A DNA stretch of 62,942 bases. It comes from an uncultured Bacteroidota bacterium. Its GTDB lineage: Bacteria; Bacteroidota; Bacteroidia; Chitinophagales; Chitinophagaceae. The notes beneath the pieces were generated by a model. That model did no database searches. It saw only the letters and a program-made list of their open reading frames with translations, and was not told the origin of the DNA. Location: contig CALFNL010000322.1 of assembly GCA_937902875.1 (NCBI GenBank), forward strand, positions 1 through 62,942, given 5' to 3'. The position numbers and the translations under genes are program-made. Position 1 is the stretch's first letter. Each line of letters begins with the position of its first letter. This document shows positions 18,877 to 28,492 of the stretch, one piece after another.

Positions 18877-18896
18877 TTTGTTTCGGAATCAATTTG

Positions 18897-18904
18897 CAAA
18901 AGTA
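18897..18904 (-). promoter_or_regulatory. Bacteroidota -7 promoter motif TAnnTTTG upstream of feoB
   Basis: The minus strand reads TACTTTTG, 21 nt upstream of the feoB start codon. Confidence 0.4.
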
Positions 18905-19054
18905 ATGGCAAAAGCTCAGTGAGCACTTACGAAAGGAGGAAATCAGGGGTTAGAAGTACGATATAAATGTTAAAGACTTGAGTAAGGATAAATTAATCAG
19001 CATATTATCTTAGATAACCAGGGCAAAACCATGCTGGAATATATTTTGTAAGTA

Positions 19055-19062
19055 TAACTTTG
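19055..19062 (+). promoter_or_regulatory. -7 promoter motif TAnnTTTG upstream of the M28 peptidase gene
   Basis: TAACTTTG, 32 nt upstream of the ATG at 19094. Confidence 0.4.
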
Positions 19063-19093
19063 CCCGGGACCATCAATAATCCAAAGATCAAAC

Positions 19094-20737
19094 ATGAAAG
19101 GTATTCTAATCTCACTATTGTTCATTAGCCAGCTAACCTTTGCCCAAAGACTGAAGAAGGCAGACCGGAAGATCGTAGAGGACCTGAAAAGAAATATCGG
19201 CTACCTGGCCGATGATAAGTTGGAGGGCCGCAGGGCCGGTACTCCTGGTGAAAAGCTTGCCTATGAGTATATCAGCAACCAATTTAAGTCTGCAGGCCTT
19301 GAACCCAAAGGAGAAAACGGCTACTATTTGCAGGAATTCGAAATTAATGATGGTAAACAAATCAATCCGGGAACACTGTTCAGAGTAAATGAAACTGCCC
19401 TATACCCCGGAAAAGATTTTATTCCCCTGGCCTTCAGCCCAAACTCTCCATTGATTGAAGCCGCTGTGGCAGTTTCACTCTCAGAAAAAGGAGTTCCCTG
19501 GTTCAAGGACCTTGATCCGGTATTGGAAAATAATCAGAATAATCCTCACTTTGACTTGGAACAATATATTAAAATTGAGGCCTCGCAAGCCGCCCAAAAA
19601 GGAGCAAGGGCGCTTGTGTTGTATAATACCTCTAACATCCCCGACAAAATTTCGTTTGAAAAGAAAGACAGGTCCCCTGCCGCACCCATTCCGGTACTAT
19701 ATCTTACCAAAACAGCCAAGGAAAAATATTTTAAAGATGAATCAGCTACCTATGACGTAAAGATTAAAGTGGATATCGGAGAAAGCAAGAGGACCGGACA
19801 TAATGTGGTAGGCTATATCAATAATAATGCTTCCTCAACCGTAATCATTGGTGCTCACTATGATCATCTCGGATATGGGGAAGATGGAAATTCTATGCTG
19901 CATACCGGCGAAAGACTGATTCATAATGGAGCAGATGATAATGCCAGCGGCACTGCAGCGCTCATTGAATTGGCAAATTTGCTGTCCAAGGCAAAAGCAA
20001 AAGACAATAATTATCTCTTCATTGCTTTTTCAGGTGAAGAATTAGGACTATTCGGATCGAAATATTTCACAGAACATCCTACGATCGATCTTGCCAATAC
20101 CAATTACATGATCAATATGGATATGGTAGGTAGACTGAATGATAGCTCAAAGACCCTGACAATTGGAGGCTATGGCACTTCACCGGTTTGGAGCAGCGCC
20201 TTATACTCGGAGAAGAAAATTCCTTTTACAATAAAAATTGATTCAAGTGGCACGGGCCCGAGCGACCACACTTCATTTTATAGAAAGGATATTCCCGTCT
20301 TGTTTTTCTTTACCGGTATTCACAGCGACTATCACAAACCTACCGATGATGCCAATAAAATTAATTACACAGGCGAAATGAGGATCATCAGATATATCTA
20401 CGGCCTGATCGGAAATCTGAATTCCATTGGGAAAATAAGTTTTACCAAAACCAGAGAGCAGCCAAGTTCCAGCCCTTCGAGGTTTTCTGTAACCCTGGGA
20501 ATCATGCCCGACTATACTTTCAGTGGAACAGGTGTGAGGGTGGATGGCGTAAGCGATGGCAGACCGGCACAAAAAGCAGGCCTTAAAACAGGTGATATTA
20601 TTACGCAGTTGGGAGACTTCCACGTGTCTTCTCTCGAAAATTACATGGAAGCTCTTAGTAAATTTAAAAAAGGCGACAGCACTAAAGTGAAAATAAAGCG
20701 AGGCAACGAAGAAAAATTATTTGATATTAGTTTTTGA
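19094..20737 (+). CDS. M28-family aminopeptidase with C-terminal PDZ domain, secreted
   Basis: Signal peptide. HYDHLGYG and HNGADDNASGTAALIELA metal-ligand motifs, then FSGEELGLFGS. PDZ-like GVRVDGVSDGRPAQKAGLKTGDIITQLGD. Confidence 0.85.
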   Translation: MKGILISLLFISQLTFAQRLKKADRKIVEDLKRNIGYLADDKLEGRRAGTPGEKLAYEYISNQFKSAGLEPKGENGYYLQEFEINDGKQINPGTLFRVNETALYPGKDFIPLAFSPNSPLIEAAVAVSLSEKGVPWFKDLDPVLENNQNNPHFDLEQYIKIEASQAAQKGARALVLYNTSNIPDKISFEKKDRSPAAPIPVLYLTKTAKEKYFKDESATYDVKIKVDIGESKRTGHNVVGYINNNASSTVIIGAHYDHLGYGEDGNSMLHTGERLIHNGADDNASGTAALIELANLLSKAKAKDNNYLFIAFSGEELGLFGSKYFTEHPTIDLANTNYMINMDMVGRLNDSSKTLTIGGYGTSPVWSSALYSEKKIPFTIKIDSSGTGPSDHTSFYRKDIPVLFFFTGIHSDYHKPTDDANKINYTGEMRIIRYIYGLIGNLNSIGKISFTKTREQPSSSPSRFSVTLGIMPDYTFSGTGVRVDGVSDGRPAQKAGLKTGDIITQLGDFHVSSLENYMEALSKFKKGDSTKVKIKRGNEEKLFDISF

Positions 20738-20769
20738 TCCTTATTGGCGCGGATAGCATTGTTCAGCAT

Positions 20770-21204
20770 ATGAAATACAAAATCGACAACGACACCCTGG
20801 TAGATGAATTCTTCGCGGAAACCAGATTATTGGGTATCGTGGCATCGATGAAAGACTATCAGTTCTGTTGGCATCTGAACCAGGTGATGCGCTGCGATTT
20901 TCGGGTAAATCATGATATTGAGATCCTCCTTACCAAAAAGAAAAGACAATATTTCTTTTCCATTTATGAATATAAGGAGCCCGGAGGGGCCATTACACAT
21001 TACCTTTACAATAACCAGTTCGATGGGGAATATTTGCTTCCGGAATTCAGGCATCTTGATTTTTTATGGCTGTTGAAAGGCGACAATTCCCCTGATGAAG
21101 AAGTGCAATTTCTTCAGCAATCCATAAAGATCATTCCTTCCGTACAATTAGTGATGGAGCTTCAAACCGGAAAAATCAAAAATAAAGGGCATATGATTTT
21201 TTGA
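20770..21204 (+). CDS. IPExxxVDY-family protein (Bacteroidota-specific, unknown function)
   Basis: LLPEFRHLDFLW matches the family-defining I-P-E-x-x-x-V-D-Y-type motif as I recall it. I prefer the in-frame ATG at 20770 over the TTG at 20734, which overlaps the preceding stop. Confidence 0.5.
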   Translation: MKYKIDNDTLVDEFFAETRLLGIVASMKDYQFCWHLNQVMRCDFRVNHDIEILLTKKKRQYFFSIYEYKEPGGAITHYLYNNQFDGEYLLPEFRHLDFLWLLKGDNSPDEEVQFLQQSIKIIPSVQLVMELQTGKIKNKGHMIF

Positions 21205-21266
21205 ATCTTTTACTCCGATTCTGGTAAATCATCTTAAGATATTTTCGAAAAATAAAATTTCCTGCT

Positions 21267-21500
21267 ATGTGGAAAGAACAGAACAATCAGCTCTACAAGA
21301 AATTTGAGTTTAAAGATTTTTCAGAGGCTTTCGCTTTCATGACAAGAGTGGCGCTCGAGGCCGAAAAAATGGATCATCATCCACTATGGACAAATGTGTG
21401 GAACCGTGTGGAAATATGGCTATCCACACATAGCGCCGGTGATATTGTAACAGACAAGGATTACCAATTGTCTCAGAAGATTGACCAATTGCTCAAATAA
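21267..21500 (+). CDS. 4a-hydroxytetrahydrobiopterin (pterin-4a-carbinolamine) dehydratase
   Basis: 77 aa. [41 protein letters not shown] is the canonical PCD signature. Confidence 0.9.
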   Translation: MWKEQNNQLYKKFEFKDFSEAFAFMTRVALEAEKMDHHPLWTNVWNRVEIWLSTHSAGDIVTDKDYQLSQKIDQLLK

Positions 21501-21515
21501 TATTTAAATCCGGAA

Positions 21516-22580
21516 TTAATTGAAAAAAGGGGAAATCCTGACCGCCATTGGATTTTTTGCCACGATCCTACCGATTGGCCTGGCATAATCTGCAAGACCA
21601 AATGCACTTAGAACTTTTCTGAGCTCATCCACGCCTGAGGGTCTCACCGCCACCAGGAGCCCGCCGCTGGTTTGAGGATCCGCCAATATTGCTATTTCAT
21701 GATCCTGTATCGGTTCGGGAGAACCGCCAATTTTATGACCATAGCTCTTCCAATTGCGGCTTGTCCCTCCAGGAACGGCTTTCAGGGAGATGTATTTTTT
21801 CAATTCGGGAATTATCAAAGGGATTTGATCGGGATATATTTCTACGGACACATTCCCACCTTCTGCCATTTCCACTACATGACCTAATAGTCCAAACCCC
21901 GTAACATCGGTCAGTGCCGTTACGGCTTCCATCTTTCCAAAAGCCTCTCCAGCCTTGTTTAATTGCATCATTTGTCTGGCTGCAATACTCTCATGCTGTT
22001 TTTCGAGCAGGCCCATTTTTTCTGCAGTTGTTAAAATTCCCACTCCCAGGGGTTTAGTCAAAAACAAATAATCACCGGCACTGGCGAGGTTATTTTGCTT
22101 GATATTATTTACCGGCACAATACCGTTAACCGCCAAACCAAAAATAGGTTCGGGAGAATCAATGCTGTGTCCACCCGCTAGTGGTATCCCGGCTTCGGCA
22201 CAAATGCTTCTCCCACCGGCAATCACGTTTTGCGCTACCGAAGCGGAAAGCTTATTCACGGGCCATCCCAATATGGCAATGGCCAGTATGGGACTGCCGC
22301 CCATTGCGTAAACATCACTAATGGCATTCGCGGCGGCTATTCGTCCAAATTCAAATGGGTCGTCTACAATAGGCATGAAAAAGTCAGTCGTGGATATGAG
22401 TGCATTACCATTTCCCAAATCATATACGGCCGCGTCGTCTCTGCTGTGATTGCCAACCAGCAGCTTGAGATTATCCGGGGCGGCAATATTTGTCTTAAGA
22501 ATTTCATCCAGCACTTCTGGTGAAATTTTACAACCGCATCCGGCCCCATGAGAATACTGAGTCAATTTTATATCTGTCAT
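21516..22580 (-). CDS. selD: selenide, water dikinase (selenophosphate synthetase), Cys-type
   Basis: N-terminal [15 protein letters not shown] (catalytic Cys/Lys loop) and an AIR-synthase-like fold (DDAAVY, GGHSID). Confidence 0.92.
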   Translation of the reverse strand: MTDIKLTQYSHGAGCGCKISPEVLDEILKTNIAAPDNLKLLVGNHSRDDAAVYDLGNGNALISTTDFFMPIVDDPFEFGRIAAANAISDVYAMGGSPILAIAILGWPVNKLSASVAQNVIAGGRSICAEAGIPLAGGHSIDSPEPIFGLAVNGIVPVNNIKQNNLASAGDYLFLTKPLGVGILTTAEKMGLLEKQHESIAARQMMQLNKAGEAFGKMEAVTALTDVTGFGLLGHVVEMAEGGNVSVEIYPDQIPLIIPELKKYISLKAVPGGTSRNWKSYGHKIGGSPEPIQDHEIAILADPQTSGGLLVAVRPSGVDELRKVLSAFGLADYARPIGRIVAKNPMAVRISPFFN

Positions 22581-22619
22581 ATTTTCCCCTGAATATCTTT
22601 TAAACTACAATCAAATTCT

Positions 22620-23786
22620 TCAGGTGCCGAGCGGAATTTTCATCCGCAATAATCTTTCCGAATTGGCTTTAGAATCTGTATCACCTGCCTGAATTTTCGT
22701 AAGCAATGAGTTCAAATCGGATCTGTTATGAAGGCTTTTTGAATAGAACTTGTCATAATATTTCAGGAGAATGCGAAAACATTCCCTGAAATTGTCTTCT
22801 GCCAGGTAATCCAGTGCCATCCTGGTTCCCAGCCCCCCAAGCCTTTTATTGATTCTCAAAATTGCATTGGAAAGATTTTCTTTTCCAAAAGGGGCATACC
22901 CTGCTAAAAGGGTTTCTAATCTCTCTTCAAATGGAATATCCAGGAAATATAAAGGCGAGCGACGCATGCTCATCCAAAGCGCCTGTGGTATATTGATACT
23001 GCCTATTCGCTGGCTTTCATCTTCAAGCCAAATGTTCCGGGTTTCGTAGGGCAAATGATCCGAGGTTCCTGGTTGGCAGGAAATTCCCATTCCTCCCTTC
23101 AGTGCCAGTTGCAAGGCCAGTTCATTTTCAAACATTTCCTGACTGGGCTGTTTATCTTCGCCCAGGTCGCCAAAGGCCGATCCCTTGTGATGCGCAAGGG
23201 CTTCCAGGTCTATGACCGGTTCTCCCTGCTTACATAGTTCTTTCAGCAGCATCGTTTTACCCGACCCTGTGTATCCACCCAAAACAGAAAATGAATAGGG
23301 CTGTTGAAATTTTTCCAGCACCCAGCGTCTAAACATCTTATAGCCTCCGGCAAGACTGAAAACCCTGAATCCATATAGATCCAGGAGCCAACCAATCGCT
23401 TCACTACGCATGCCGCCACGCCAGCAATGAACCAGTATTATTCCCGAACCTTGTTCAGATTCTTTTGAAAGGTTTCTCCCCCCGCTTGTTTCATAGTTCG
23501 GATTTGACTTATGGTTCCTTGAAATCGTTTCAGCCTCTTCTACAACCTGTTTCAACCTGGAACCGAAGAAGTCCAACCCTATTTTGATGGCTGTTTCCCT
23601 GTTTTGCTGTTTGTATGCGGTTCCCACTATTCTGCGCTCATCGTCTGAAAATAATGGAAAGCTATAAGCGCCTGGAATCCGGGCATGACCGTATTCACCA
23701 GGGCTTCTAACGTCTAATACAGGGTACTGACCTGCCAATTGTAAAAATGTCTCAATCAGTATTTTCTTAACGGCCACTGCCAGCAA
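22620..23786 (-). CDS. selU: tRNA 2-selenouridine synthase
   Basis: Rhodanese domain VLDVRSPGEYGHARIPGA...VHCWRGGMRSE plus P-loop GGYTGSGKT. Immediately upstream of selD on the same strand. TTG start, with an alternative GTG at 23777. Confidence 0.88.
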   Translation of the reverse strand: MLAVAVKKILIETFLQLAGQYPVLDVRSPGEYGHARIPGAYSFPLFSDDERRIVGTAYKQQNRETAIKIGLDFFGSRLKQVVEEAETISRNHKSNPNYETSGGRNLSKESEQGSGIILVHCWRGGMRSEAIGWLLDLYGFRVFSLAGGYKMFRRWVLEKFQQPYSFSVLGGYTGSGKTMLLKELCKQGEPVIDLEALAHHKGSAFGDLGEDKQPSQEMFENELALQLALKGGMGISCQPGTSDHLPYETRNIWLEDESQRIGSINIPQALWMSMRRSPLYFLDIPFEERLETLLAGYAPFGKENLSNAILRINKRLGGLGTRMALDYLAEDNFRECFRILLKYYDKFYSKSLHNRSDLNSLLTKIQAGDTDSKANSERLLRMKIPLGT

Positions 23787-23797
23787 ATTTTATCCCG

Positions 23798-23805
23798 CAA
23801 ATGTA
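23798..23805 (-). promoter_or_regulatory. -7 promoter motif TAnnTTTG for selU-selD
   Basis: The minus strand reads TACATTTG, directly after the rho terminator T-tract and 12 nt upstream of the selU TTG. Confidence 0.4.
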
Positions 23806-23807
23806 AG

Positions 23808-23838
23808 CAAAGAAAAAGCCGCTGATCTCATCAGCGGC
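23808..23838 (-). terminator. intrinsic terminator of rho
   Basis: The minus strand reads GCCGCTGAT-GAG-ATCAGCGGC (9-bp stem, 23818-23838) followed by TTTTTCTTTG. It lies 34 nt after the rho stop. Confidence 0.7.
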
Positions 23839-23871
23839 CATAATTCAATTCCGGATCTTATTATCTGAAAT

Positions 23872-25524
23872 TTATCCGTTCATACTGGCTAGAAACTCAA
23901 GGTTATCCTTGGTTCCTTTCATTCTTTTTAGCAATTCATTCATGGCCTCTTCTGCATTCATATCTGCCATAAAATTGCGAAGCAGGTACATGCGCTTCAG
24001 AACGTCTCTATCCAGCAGGAGGTCATCGCGGCGGGTAGATGAAGCTACCAGGTCAATTGCCGGGAATACCCTTCTGTTGGCCAATCTCCTGTCGAGTTGC
24101 AATTCCATATTACCAGTACCCTTAAACTCTTCGAATATCACTTCGTCCATTTTTGAACCGGTATCTATCAATGCAGTAGCGAGTATCGTCAGAGAGCCTC
24201 CGTTTTCGATCTTTCTGGCCGCGCCAAAAAACTGTTTGGGTTTTTGCATTGCATTGGCTTCAACACCACCTGACAATACTTTACCCGAAGCAGGGGCCAC
24301 GGTATTATGCGCGCGTGCCAAACGTGTGATGGAGTCGAGTAATATAACCACGTCATGTCCGCATTCAACCAATCTCTTGGCCTTTTGGAGCGCGATGGTG
24401 GAAACTTTCACATGCTTTTCAGCAGGTTCATCAAAAGTGGAAGCTATCACCTCCGCTTTTACGCTTCTTTCCATATCCGTAACTTCCTCGGGGCGTTCAT
24501 CCACGAGTACGATCATGAGATAACATTCCGGATGATTTTCAGCAATGGCATTTGCCACTTCTTTCAACAACACCGTTTTACCCGTTTTAGGCTGTGCAAC
24601 TATCAGACCGCGTTGTCCTTTCCCTATAGGAGTAAACAGGTCAATGATACGGGTGCTATAATTGAAAGGTTCTGTAAAGAGATTCAACTTCTCAAAAGGG
24701 AAAAGGGGCGTGAGGTAATCAAACGGTACCCTGTCTCGTACTTCTTCGGGTGATTTTGCATTGATTGTTTCCACTTTGAGCAATGCAAAATATTTCTCGC
24801 CTTCTTTTGGAGGTCGTACGGCGCCAAATACAGTATCGCCAGTCTTCAGTCCGAATAATTTTATCTGGGAAGGAGACACATAGATATCATCGGGCGAAGA
24901 AAGGTAATTATAATCACTGCTGCGAAGGAATCCATACCCATCGGGCATCATTTCCAAGACTCCTTCGCTCATGATAACGCCATCAAACTCTATGTTGAAG
25001 CCGGTATCTCTGCGGTGAGGATATAGTTTGCGGCTGGCATCTTCCGCTGAGCCGGCTTCAGCAGCTGCAATTTCCTTTCCTCCATTGTCGCTGCTGCCAT
25101 TGGATTCATCAACAACCGGTGCATTTTCATCAGCAACCAGTTCATCTTCAGAACCGGCTACTTCGCCAAGAGCTATTTCAGGTTCCGCGGTCCTCGATTT
25201 CTTGTTGATTATTTTTTTCTCCGGTTTCTTTTCCACTTCACCGGCTGCCCTTTTCTTTCTCGATATCTGCGGGCTCTTTTCTGATTCAGACTCCACAATC
25301 GCCTCTTCGGTACTGTTGGATGTGGAAGTCTTAACTACCCTTTTACGCCTGGACTTGTCTTCAGATCCTTTTGAAGCGGCACTGTTCACAATAGCCTGCC
25401 TGTCGAGAATTTTATAAATCAACTCTTGTTTATCCAGCTTTTTGGGATTGGGGATTTCTAACTGCTCGGCAATATCAAGCAGTTCAGGAACGAGCATGTC
25501 GTTCAATTGGAGGATGTCGTACAT
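23872..25524 (-). CDS. rho: transcription termination factor Rho with about 130-aa N-terminal insertion domain
   Basis: The C-terminal 400 aa are near-collinear with E. coli Rho as recalled ([70 protein letters not shown]). Residues ~46-175 are a K/E/S-rich low-complexity insertion. Confidence 0.95.
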   Translation of the reverse strand: MYDILQLNDMLVPELLDIAEQLEIPNPKKLDKQELIYKILDRQAIVNSAASKGSEDKSRRKRVVKTSTSNSTEEAIVESESEKSPQISRKKRAAGEVEKKPEKKIINKKSRTAEPEIALGEVAGSEDELVADENAPVVDESNGSSDNGGKEIAAAEAGSAEDASRKLYPHRRDTGFNIEFDGVIMSEGVLEMMPDGYGFLRSSDYNYLSSPDDIYVSPSQIKLFGLKTGDTVFGAVRPPKEGEKYFALLKVETINAKSPEEVRDRVPFDYLTPLFPFEKLNLFTEPFNYSTRIIDLFTPIGKGQRGLIVAQPKTGKTVLLKEVANAIAENHPECYLMIVLVDERPEEVTDMERSVKAEVIASTFDEPAEKHVKVSTIALQKAKRLVECGHDVVILLDSITRLARAHNTVAPASGKVLSGGVEANAMQKPKQFFGAARKIENGGSLTILATALIDTGSKMDEVIFEEFKGTGNMELQLDRRLANRRVFPAIDLVASSTRRDDLLLDRDVLKRMYLLRNFMADMNAEEAMNELLKRMKGTKDNLEFLASMNG

Positions 25525-25784
25525 AAAAACACTTGAAGGTTTAACATCTAATCAAACACCTACTTTATAAGAGAAAATGTTGAAACGGATTTAATTGATT
25601 TGATTGAAATAGTATAGTGCGGAATGGTAAAACTGATGATTCTGGAGCTAAGGAAAGAACTGATCAGCCTGATTCCACCGCAATTATACGCCTATTTTCC
25701 GGAATCTAAAAATATTTTGCCTCCTGGCAGGCCATTAGAACTGATTTAGAAGGTTTAAAACTCCGCTAATTCTGTGGAGGAGTT

Positions 25785-25792
25785 TATCTTTG
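25785..25792 (+). promoter_or_regulatory. -7 promoter motif TAnnTTTG for asnS
   Basis: TATCTTTG, 66 nt upstream of the ATG at 25858. It lies inside the GTG-extended ORF of the track, which argues against that extension. Confidence 0.4.
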
Positions 25793-25857
25793 CCGCTCTC
25801 TGCCCCAATCCTCAGCAGGACTGGCGGGCAGGGTATCCTACTTCAATTGAGTTATAT

Positions 25858-27294
25858 ATGTTCAACAAAAGAGTGAAGATAAAAGATGTGCTTTCCCAGG
25901 AACCACGAGGGCAGGAACTGACCGTTATGGGCTGGGTTCGGACTTTCCGTAATAATCAGTTTATTGCCTTAAATGATGGCTCCACAAATTCGAATTTGCA
26001 GGTAATAGTGGAACTGGGCTCCTTTGATGAATCCCTGCTGAAGCGCATTTCAACGGGCGCTTCCTTGAAAATTACCGGCAATCTGGTAGCTTCCCCCGGA
26101 AAGGGCCAGGCTCTGGAATTGAAGGCAAACACCGTGGAAATCATGGGAGACGCCGATCCGGAAAAATATCCTTTACAGCCTAAAGAGCATAGTCTGGAGT
26201 TTTTGCGCGAAATCGCTCACCTTAGGTTTAGAACCAATACGTTTGGATCTATATTCCGCGTCAGGCATGCTTTGGCCTTTGCCATTCACAAATTTTTTAA
26301 CAACAAAGGATTTGTTTATTTGAATACCCCCATCATTACGGCAAATGACGCCGAGGGGGCAGGCGAAATGTTTAAAGTGACTACCCTCTCATTTGAAAAG
26401 CCCCCCCGCAACGAAGACGGGTCAGTTAATTACAGGGAGGATTTTTTCGGGAAGGCTACGAATCTCACCGTAAGCGGACAACTGGAAGGCGAACTTGCAG
26501 CGATGGCCCTTGCGGAGATCTACACTTTTGGTCCCACTTTCCGGGCCGAGAATTCCAACACTACCAGACACCTCGCGGAATTCTGGATGATTGAACCGGA
26601 AATGGCGTTTTATGACCTTGAAGACAATATGAACCTGGCTGAAGAATTCATAAAATACATTATCCGCCATGCATTGGAAAATACCCGGGAAGACCTGGAT
26701 TTCCTCGCCCAACGCCTTCATAAAGAAGAGGCCCGCCTGCCCCAGGATCAGCGAAGCGAAATGGGATTGATCGAAAAATTATCCTTCGTCCTGAACAATG
26801 ATTTCGAACGGATTACCTATACCGAAGCCATTGACATACTGTTGAATTCCCCGGCTTACAAGAAAAAGAAATTTTACTACGAAGTGAAATGGGGGATTGA
26901 TATGCAAAGCGAGCATGAGAGGTATCTGGTTGAAAAGCACTTCAAGAAGCCCGTAATTGTTACCAATTATCCTGCATCCATCAAGGCCTTCTATATGCGC
27001 CGGAATGATGATGGGAAAACAGTGGCTGCCATGGATATACTGGCACCGGGGATTGGTGAAATAGTTGGTGGTTCCCAACGTGAAGAAAGACTGGATAAAT
27101 TGGAAGAGCGCATGAAAGAAATGCATATTCCTGTGCAGGACATGTGGTGGTACCTCGATACCCGCAGATTTGGAACCGTGCCTCATGCGGGTTTTGGCCT
27201 GGGTTTTGAAAGGATGGTGCAGTTCGTGACCGGCATGACCAATATCCGCGACGTGATCGCATTCCCCAGAACACCCAGGAACGCCGAATTCTAA
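25858..27294 (+). CDS. asnS: asparagine--tRNA ligase
   Basis: OB-fold N-domain ([20 protein letters not shown]) and class II motifs ([38 protein letters not shown]). I prefer the start at the in-frame ATG 25858 over the GTG at 25774. Confidence 0.93.
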   Translation: MFNKRVKIKDVLSQEPRGQELTVMGWVRTFRNNQFIALNDGSTNSNLQVIVELGSFDESLLKRISTGASLKITGNLVASPGKGQALELKANTVEIMGDADPEKYPLQPKEHSLEFLREIAHLRFRTNTFGSIFRVRHALAFAIHKFFNNKGFVYLNTPIITANDAEGAGEMFKVTTLSFEKPPRNEDGSVNYREDFFGKATNLTVSGQLEGELAAMALAEIYTFGPTFRAENSNTTRHLAEFWMIEPEMAFYDLEDNMNLAEEFIKYIIRHALENTREDLDFLAQRLHKEEARLPQDQRSEMGLIEKLSFVLNNDFERITYTEAIDILLNSPAYKKKKFYYEVKWGIDMQSEHERYLVEKHFKKPVIVTNYPASIKAFYMRRNDDGKTVAAMDILAPGIGEIVGGSQREERLDKLEERMKEMHIPVQDMWWYLDTRRFGTVPHAGFGLGFERMVQFVTGMTNIRDVIAFPRTPRNAEF

Positions 27295-27332
27295 TTCGGC
27301 GCGATTATATCTCAGGCTTTTATTTGAGAAGG

Positions 27333-28160
27333 CTATTCGTGTACAGAAACAATTGGTATATGCGAATGAAATGCCAATTGCCTGGTATGACTTTTCTGAA
27401 AGAGGCTATCCAATAACTTATGCTTCTTGGGTATAACCACCAGCAGATCGATATTATTATTTTCTGCAAACTCGCTGATCCCATCTTCCACCACCGGGTT
27501 ATTAATGAAAAAATACTTCGGTTTCAGATCTTCCAGGAGTGTATGAAGCAGCAAAGATTGTTCAGGGGTATCAGGTTTAAAGTGCTTGCTGTTATAATCA
27601 ACATTCAAAACTTCGAGCTCCGCATGAAAAGTATTTACCAATTCTCTGATCAGTTCGGTAGGAATGGATTCAACTACCATCTTGAAATCGCAAGCCAGTC
27701 CTATTTTCTTTATTCCTTTGAAAATCGCTCCCGGCGGCACTACAATCACCGGGGAGGTCAAATGTCTTATCGCCATTAGGGTATTGCTTCCCAGGAATAT
27801 TCTTTCAACCGCACTCTCCCCCTTGGTTCCCATCACTACGGCCAGCGGTTTTAGAGATTTGCAAAGTTCCTCCAATTCATCAACCACATTGCCCAGTCTT
27901 GCTTCTGCATAAACTTTCAATTTGCCGGAACTGATATGCTCAACTTCGCGTTTCAATTCCTGAATTCTCTCATCATTGATTTTCTGTAGTTCTTCCGGCC
28001 CGATAATAGGTACATATACATCGTTACTGAGTGAAACCGGTATTTGATAAACATGCACCAGCATTAGATTCGAGTTGACGGCCTGGGCCATTTCAATAGC
28101 ATAGTTCATCGCATTTACTGCAACCGCGGAATAATCCGTGGGAACAACGATTACTTTCAT
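27333..28160 (-). CDS. universal stress protein (tandem UspA domains)
   Basis: 275 aa. Two Usp-like halves (MKVIVVPTDYS...VMGTKGES...GSNTLMAIRHLTSPVIVVP and a second repeat ending ...HSHIPIVSV). Confidence 0.85.
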   Translation of the reverse strand: MKVIVVPTDYSAVAVNAMNYAIEMAQAVNSNLMLVHVYQIPVSLSNDVYVPIIGPEELQKINDERIQELKREVEHISSGKLKVYAEARLGNVVDELEELCKSLKPLAVVMGTKGESAVERIFLGSNTLMAIRHLTSPVIVVPPGAIFKGIKKIGLACDFKMVVESIPTELIRELVNTFHAELEVLNVDYNSKHFKPDTPEQSLLLHTLLEDLKPKYFFINNPVVEDGISEFAENNNIDLLVVIPKKHKLLDSLFQKSHTRQLAFHSHIPIVSVHE

Positions 28161-28179
28161 ATTGATGGTTTTTAGAATA

Positions 28180-28187
28180 CAAATGTA
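28180..28187 (-). promoter_or_regulatory. -7 promoter motif TAnnTTTG for the usp gene
   Basis: The minus strand reads TACATTTG, 20 nt upstream of the ATG at 28160. Confidence 0.4.
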
Positions 28188-28492
28188 GCTTTTGTACTTA
28201 CAACTGGAATGATTTTCATCAGTAGCAAATATGACTATTTTGTTATCGTGTAGATTTGCGGTTTCCTGGCGGGACTGAATGATAAGATTGTGGCAGGTTG
28301 AAACCCGAAATTTGATTCAGAAAAATCTTATCTGACCCAAATCTGGTAAACCAGTGAGGCAGGATTAGTTCCGCTGCTGACTTTTGCAGCGGATCCTGTA
28401 TGGTGAAGATATCGCATTCCTGCAGTCAGATGAATTTGCCTGCTTTCAGATCAAAAATAAGTTTTGTAATTTATGGATCTTAAATTCCTATT

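Noticed and set aside
23909-25417. Long plus-strand ORFs (23909-24523, 24355-24753, 25028-25417) antisense to rho.
   Set aside because: They lie entirely inside the highly conserved rho CDS. Their translations are low-complexity (S/L/A-rich) mirror images of the biased rho codons and carry no motifs.
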